Assembly: GCF_963921235.1 (NCBI RefSeq)
Contig: NC_086124.1
Span: 16,182,001-16,246,000, forward strand
Reading direction: 5' to 3'
Length of the DNA stretch: 64,000 nucleotides
Source: Mobula hypostoma
Lineage: Eukaryota
In this document: positions 61,539-64,000 of the stretch, in pieces
Position numbering within the stretch: the stretch's first letter is position 1
Layout: each line of letters opens with the position of its first letter
Made by a program: the position numbers and the translations under genes
The notes under the pieces: model-generated
What the model saw: only the letters and a program-made list of their open reading frames with translations
Database searches by the model: none
Told to the model about the DNA's origin: nothing

Positions 61539-64000
61539 TTTCATAGAAACATAGAAAATAGGTGCAGGAGTAGGCCATTCGGCCCTTCGAGCCTGCACCG
61601 CCATTTATTATGATCATGGTTGATCATCCAACTCAGAACCCCGCCCCAGCCTTTCCTCCATACCCCCTGACCCCTGTAGCCACAAGGGCCATATCTAACT
61701 CCCTCTTAAACATAGCCAATGAACTGGCCTCAACTGTTTCCTGTGGCAGAGAATTCCACAGATTCACCACTCTCTGTGTGAAGAGGTTTTTCCTAATCTC
61801 GGTCCTAAAAGGCTTCCCCTCTATCCTCAAACTGTGACCCCTCGTTCTGGACTTCCCCAACGTCGGGAACAATCTTCCTGCATCTAGTCTGTCCAATCCC
61901 TTTAGGATCTTATATGTTTCAATCAGATCCCCCCTCAATCTTCTAAATTCCAACGAGTACAAGCCCAGTTCATCCAGTCTTTCTTCATATGAAAGTCCTA
62001 CCATCCCAGGAATCAATCTGGTGAACCTTCTTTGTACTCCCTCTATGGCAAAGATGTCTTTCCTCAGGTTAGGGGACCAAAACTGCACACAATACTCCAG
62101 GTGTGGTCTCACCAAGGCCTTGTACAACTGCAGTAGTACCTCCCTGCTCCTGTACTCGAATCCTCTCGCTATAAATGCCAGCATACCATTCGCCTTTTTC
62201 ACCGCCTGCTGTACCTGCATGCCCACTTTCAATGACTGGTGTATAATGACACCCAGGTCTCGTTGCACCTCCCCTTTTCCTAATCGGCCACCATTCAGAT
62301 AATAATCTGTTTTCCTATTTTTGCCACCAAAGTGGATAACTTCACATTTATCCACATTAAATTGCATCTGCCATGAGTTTGCCCACTCACCCAACCTATC
62401 CAAGTCACCCTGCACCCTCTTAGCATCCTCCTCACTGCTAACACTGCCACCCAGCTTCGTGTCATCCGCAAACTTGGAGATGCTGCATTTAATTCCCTCA
62501 TCCAAGTCATTAATATATATTGTAAACAACTGGGGTCCCAGCACTGAGCCTTGCGGTACCCCACTAGTCACCGCCTGCCATTCTGAAAAGGTCCCGTTTA
62601 TTCCCACTCTTTGCTTCCTGTCTGCTAACCAATTCTCCACCCACACCAATACCTTACCCCCAATACCGTGTGCTTTAAGTTTGCACACTAATCTCCTGTG
62701 TGGGACCTTGTCAAAAGCCTTTTGAAAATCCAAATATACCACATCCACTGGTTCTCCCCTATCCACTCTACTAGTTACATCCTCAAAAAATTCTATGAGA
62801 TTCGTCAGACATGATTTTCCTTTCACAAATCCATGCTGACTTTGTCCGATCATTTCACCGCTTTCCAAATGTGCTGTTATCACATCCTTGATAACTGACT
62901 CCAGCAGTTTCCCCACCACCGACGTTAGGCTAACCGGTCTATAATTCCCCGGTTTTTCTCTCCCTCCTTTTTTAAAAAGTGGGGTTACATTAGCCACCCT
63001 CCAATTCTCAGGAACTAGTCCAGAATCTAACGAGTTTTGAAAAATTATCACTAATGCATTCACTATTTCTTGGGCTACTTCCTTAAGCACTCTGGGATGC
63101 AGACCATCTGGCCCTGGGGATTTATCTGCCTTCAATCTACTTAACACCACTTCCCTACTAACATGTATTTCACTCAGTTCCTCCATCTCACTGGACCCTC
63201 AGTCCCTTACTATTTCTGGAAGATTATTTATGTCCTCTTTAGTGAAGACAGAACCAAAGTAATTATTCAATTGGTCTGCCATGTCCTTGCTCCCCATAAT
63301 CAATTCACCTGTTTCTGTCTGCAGGGGACCTACATTTGTCTTTACCAGTCTTTTCCTTTTTACATATCTATAAAAGCTTTTACAGTCCGTTTTTATGTTC
63401 CCCGCCAGTTTTCTCTCATAATCTTTTTTCCCCTTCCTAATTAAGCCCTTTGTCCTCCTCTGCTGAACTCTGAATTTCTCCCAGTCCTCAGGTGAGCCAC
63501 TTTCTCTGGCTAATTTGTATGCTACTTCTTTGGAATTGATACTATCCCTAATTTCTCTTGTCAGCCACGGGTGCACTACCTTCCTTGATTTATTCTTTTG
63601 CCAAACTGGGATGAACAATTGTTGTAGTTCATCCATGCAACCTTTAAATGCTTGCCATTGCATATCCACCGTCAATCCTTTAAGTGTCATTTGCCAGTCT
63701 ATCTTAGCTAATTCACGTCTCATACCTTCAAAGTTACCCCTCTTTAAGTTCAGAACCTTTGTTTCTGAATTAACTATCTCACTCTCCATCTTAATGAAGA
63801 ATTCCACCATATTATGGTCACTCTTACCCAAGGGGCCTCTCACGACAAGATCACTAATTAACCCTTCCTCATTGCTCAAAACCCAGTCCAGAATAGCCTG
63901 CTCTCTAGTTGGTTCCTCGACATGTTGGTTCAAAAAACCATCCCGCATACATTCCAAGAAATCCTCTTCCTCAGCACCTTTACCAATTTGGTTCACCCAG
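61539..64000 (-). mobile_element. Young CR1 LINE ORF2 inserted into the preceding CR1; runs off the window end
   Basis: ORFs 63199-63996 and 61633-63186 (517-aa RT with FADD); (CATAGAAA)n tail at about 61542. Confidence 0.95.

Overview
Vertebrate nuclear DNA, most likely an elasmobranch and probably a batoid; this is inferred from the repeat landscape and histone sequences, not from a database search. The window holds a replication-dependent histone cluster: intact H1, H3 and H2A, one open but heavily substituted H2A, one frameshifted H2A, two H2B pseudogenes, and no H4 that I could find. Alongside it are a decayed C2H2 zinc-finger array and an inverted duplication of a tRNA-Thr(AGT)/tRNA-Leu(AAG) cassette with a half tRNA-Arg(TCT) in the spacer. 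Most of the rest is nested mobile DNA: CR1, Rex1/Babar, Tx1 and RNase H-bearing I-group LINEs, Penelope-like elements carrying minimal hammerhead-ribozyme motifs, a fragmented class I endogenous retrovirus (integrase plus env), a Sushi-like Gypsy element with a probable self-priming site, a solo LTR, nested hAT elements, a Tc1 end and SINEs. The most notable signals are the hammerhead motifs, the ERV, the palindromic tRNA cassette, a 29-bp RFX/CRE module present twice in opposite orientation, and a poly(A)-tailed insertion inside H2B. I found no clear evidence of a wholly new system. Repeat boundaries are approximate.
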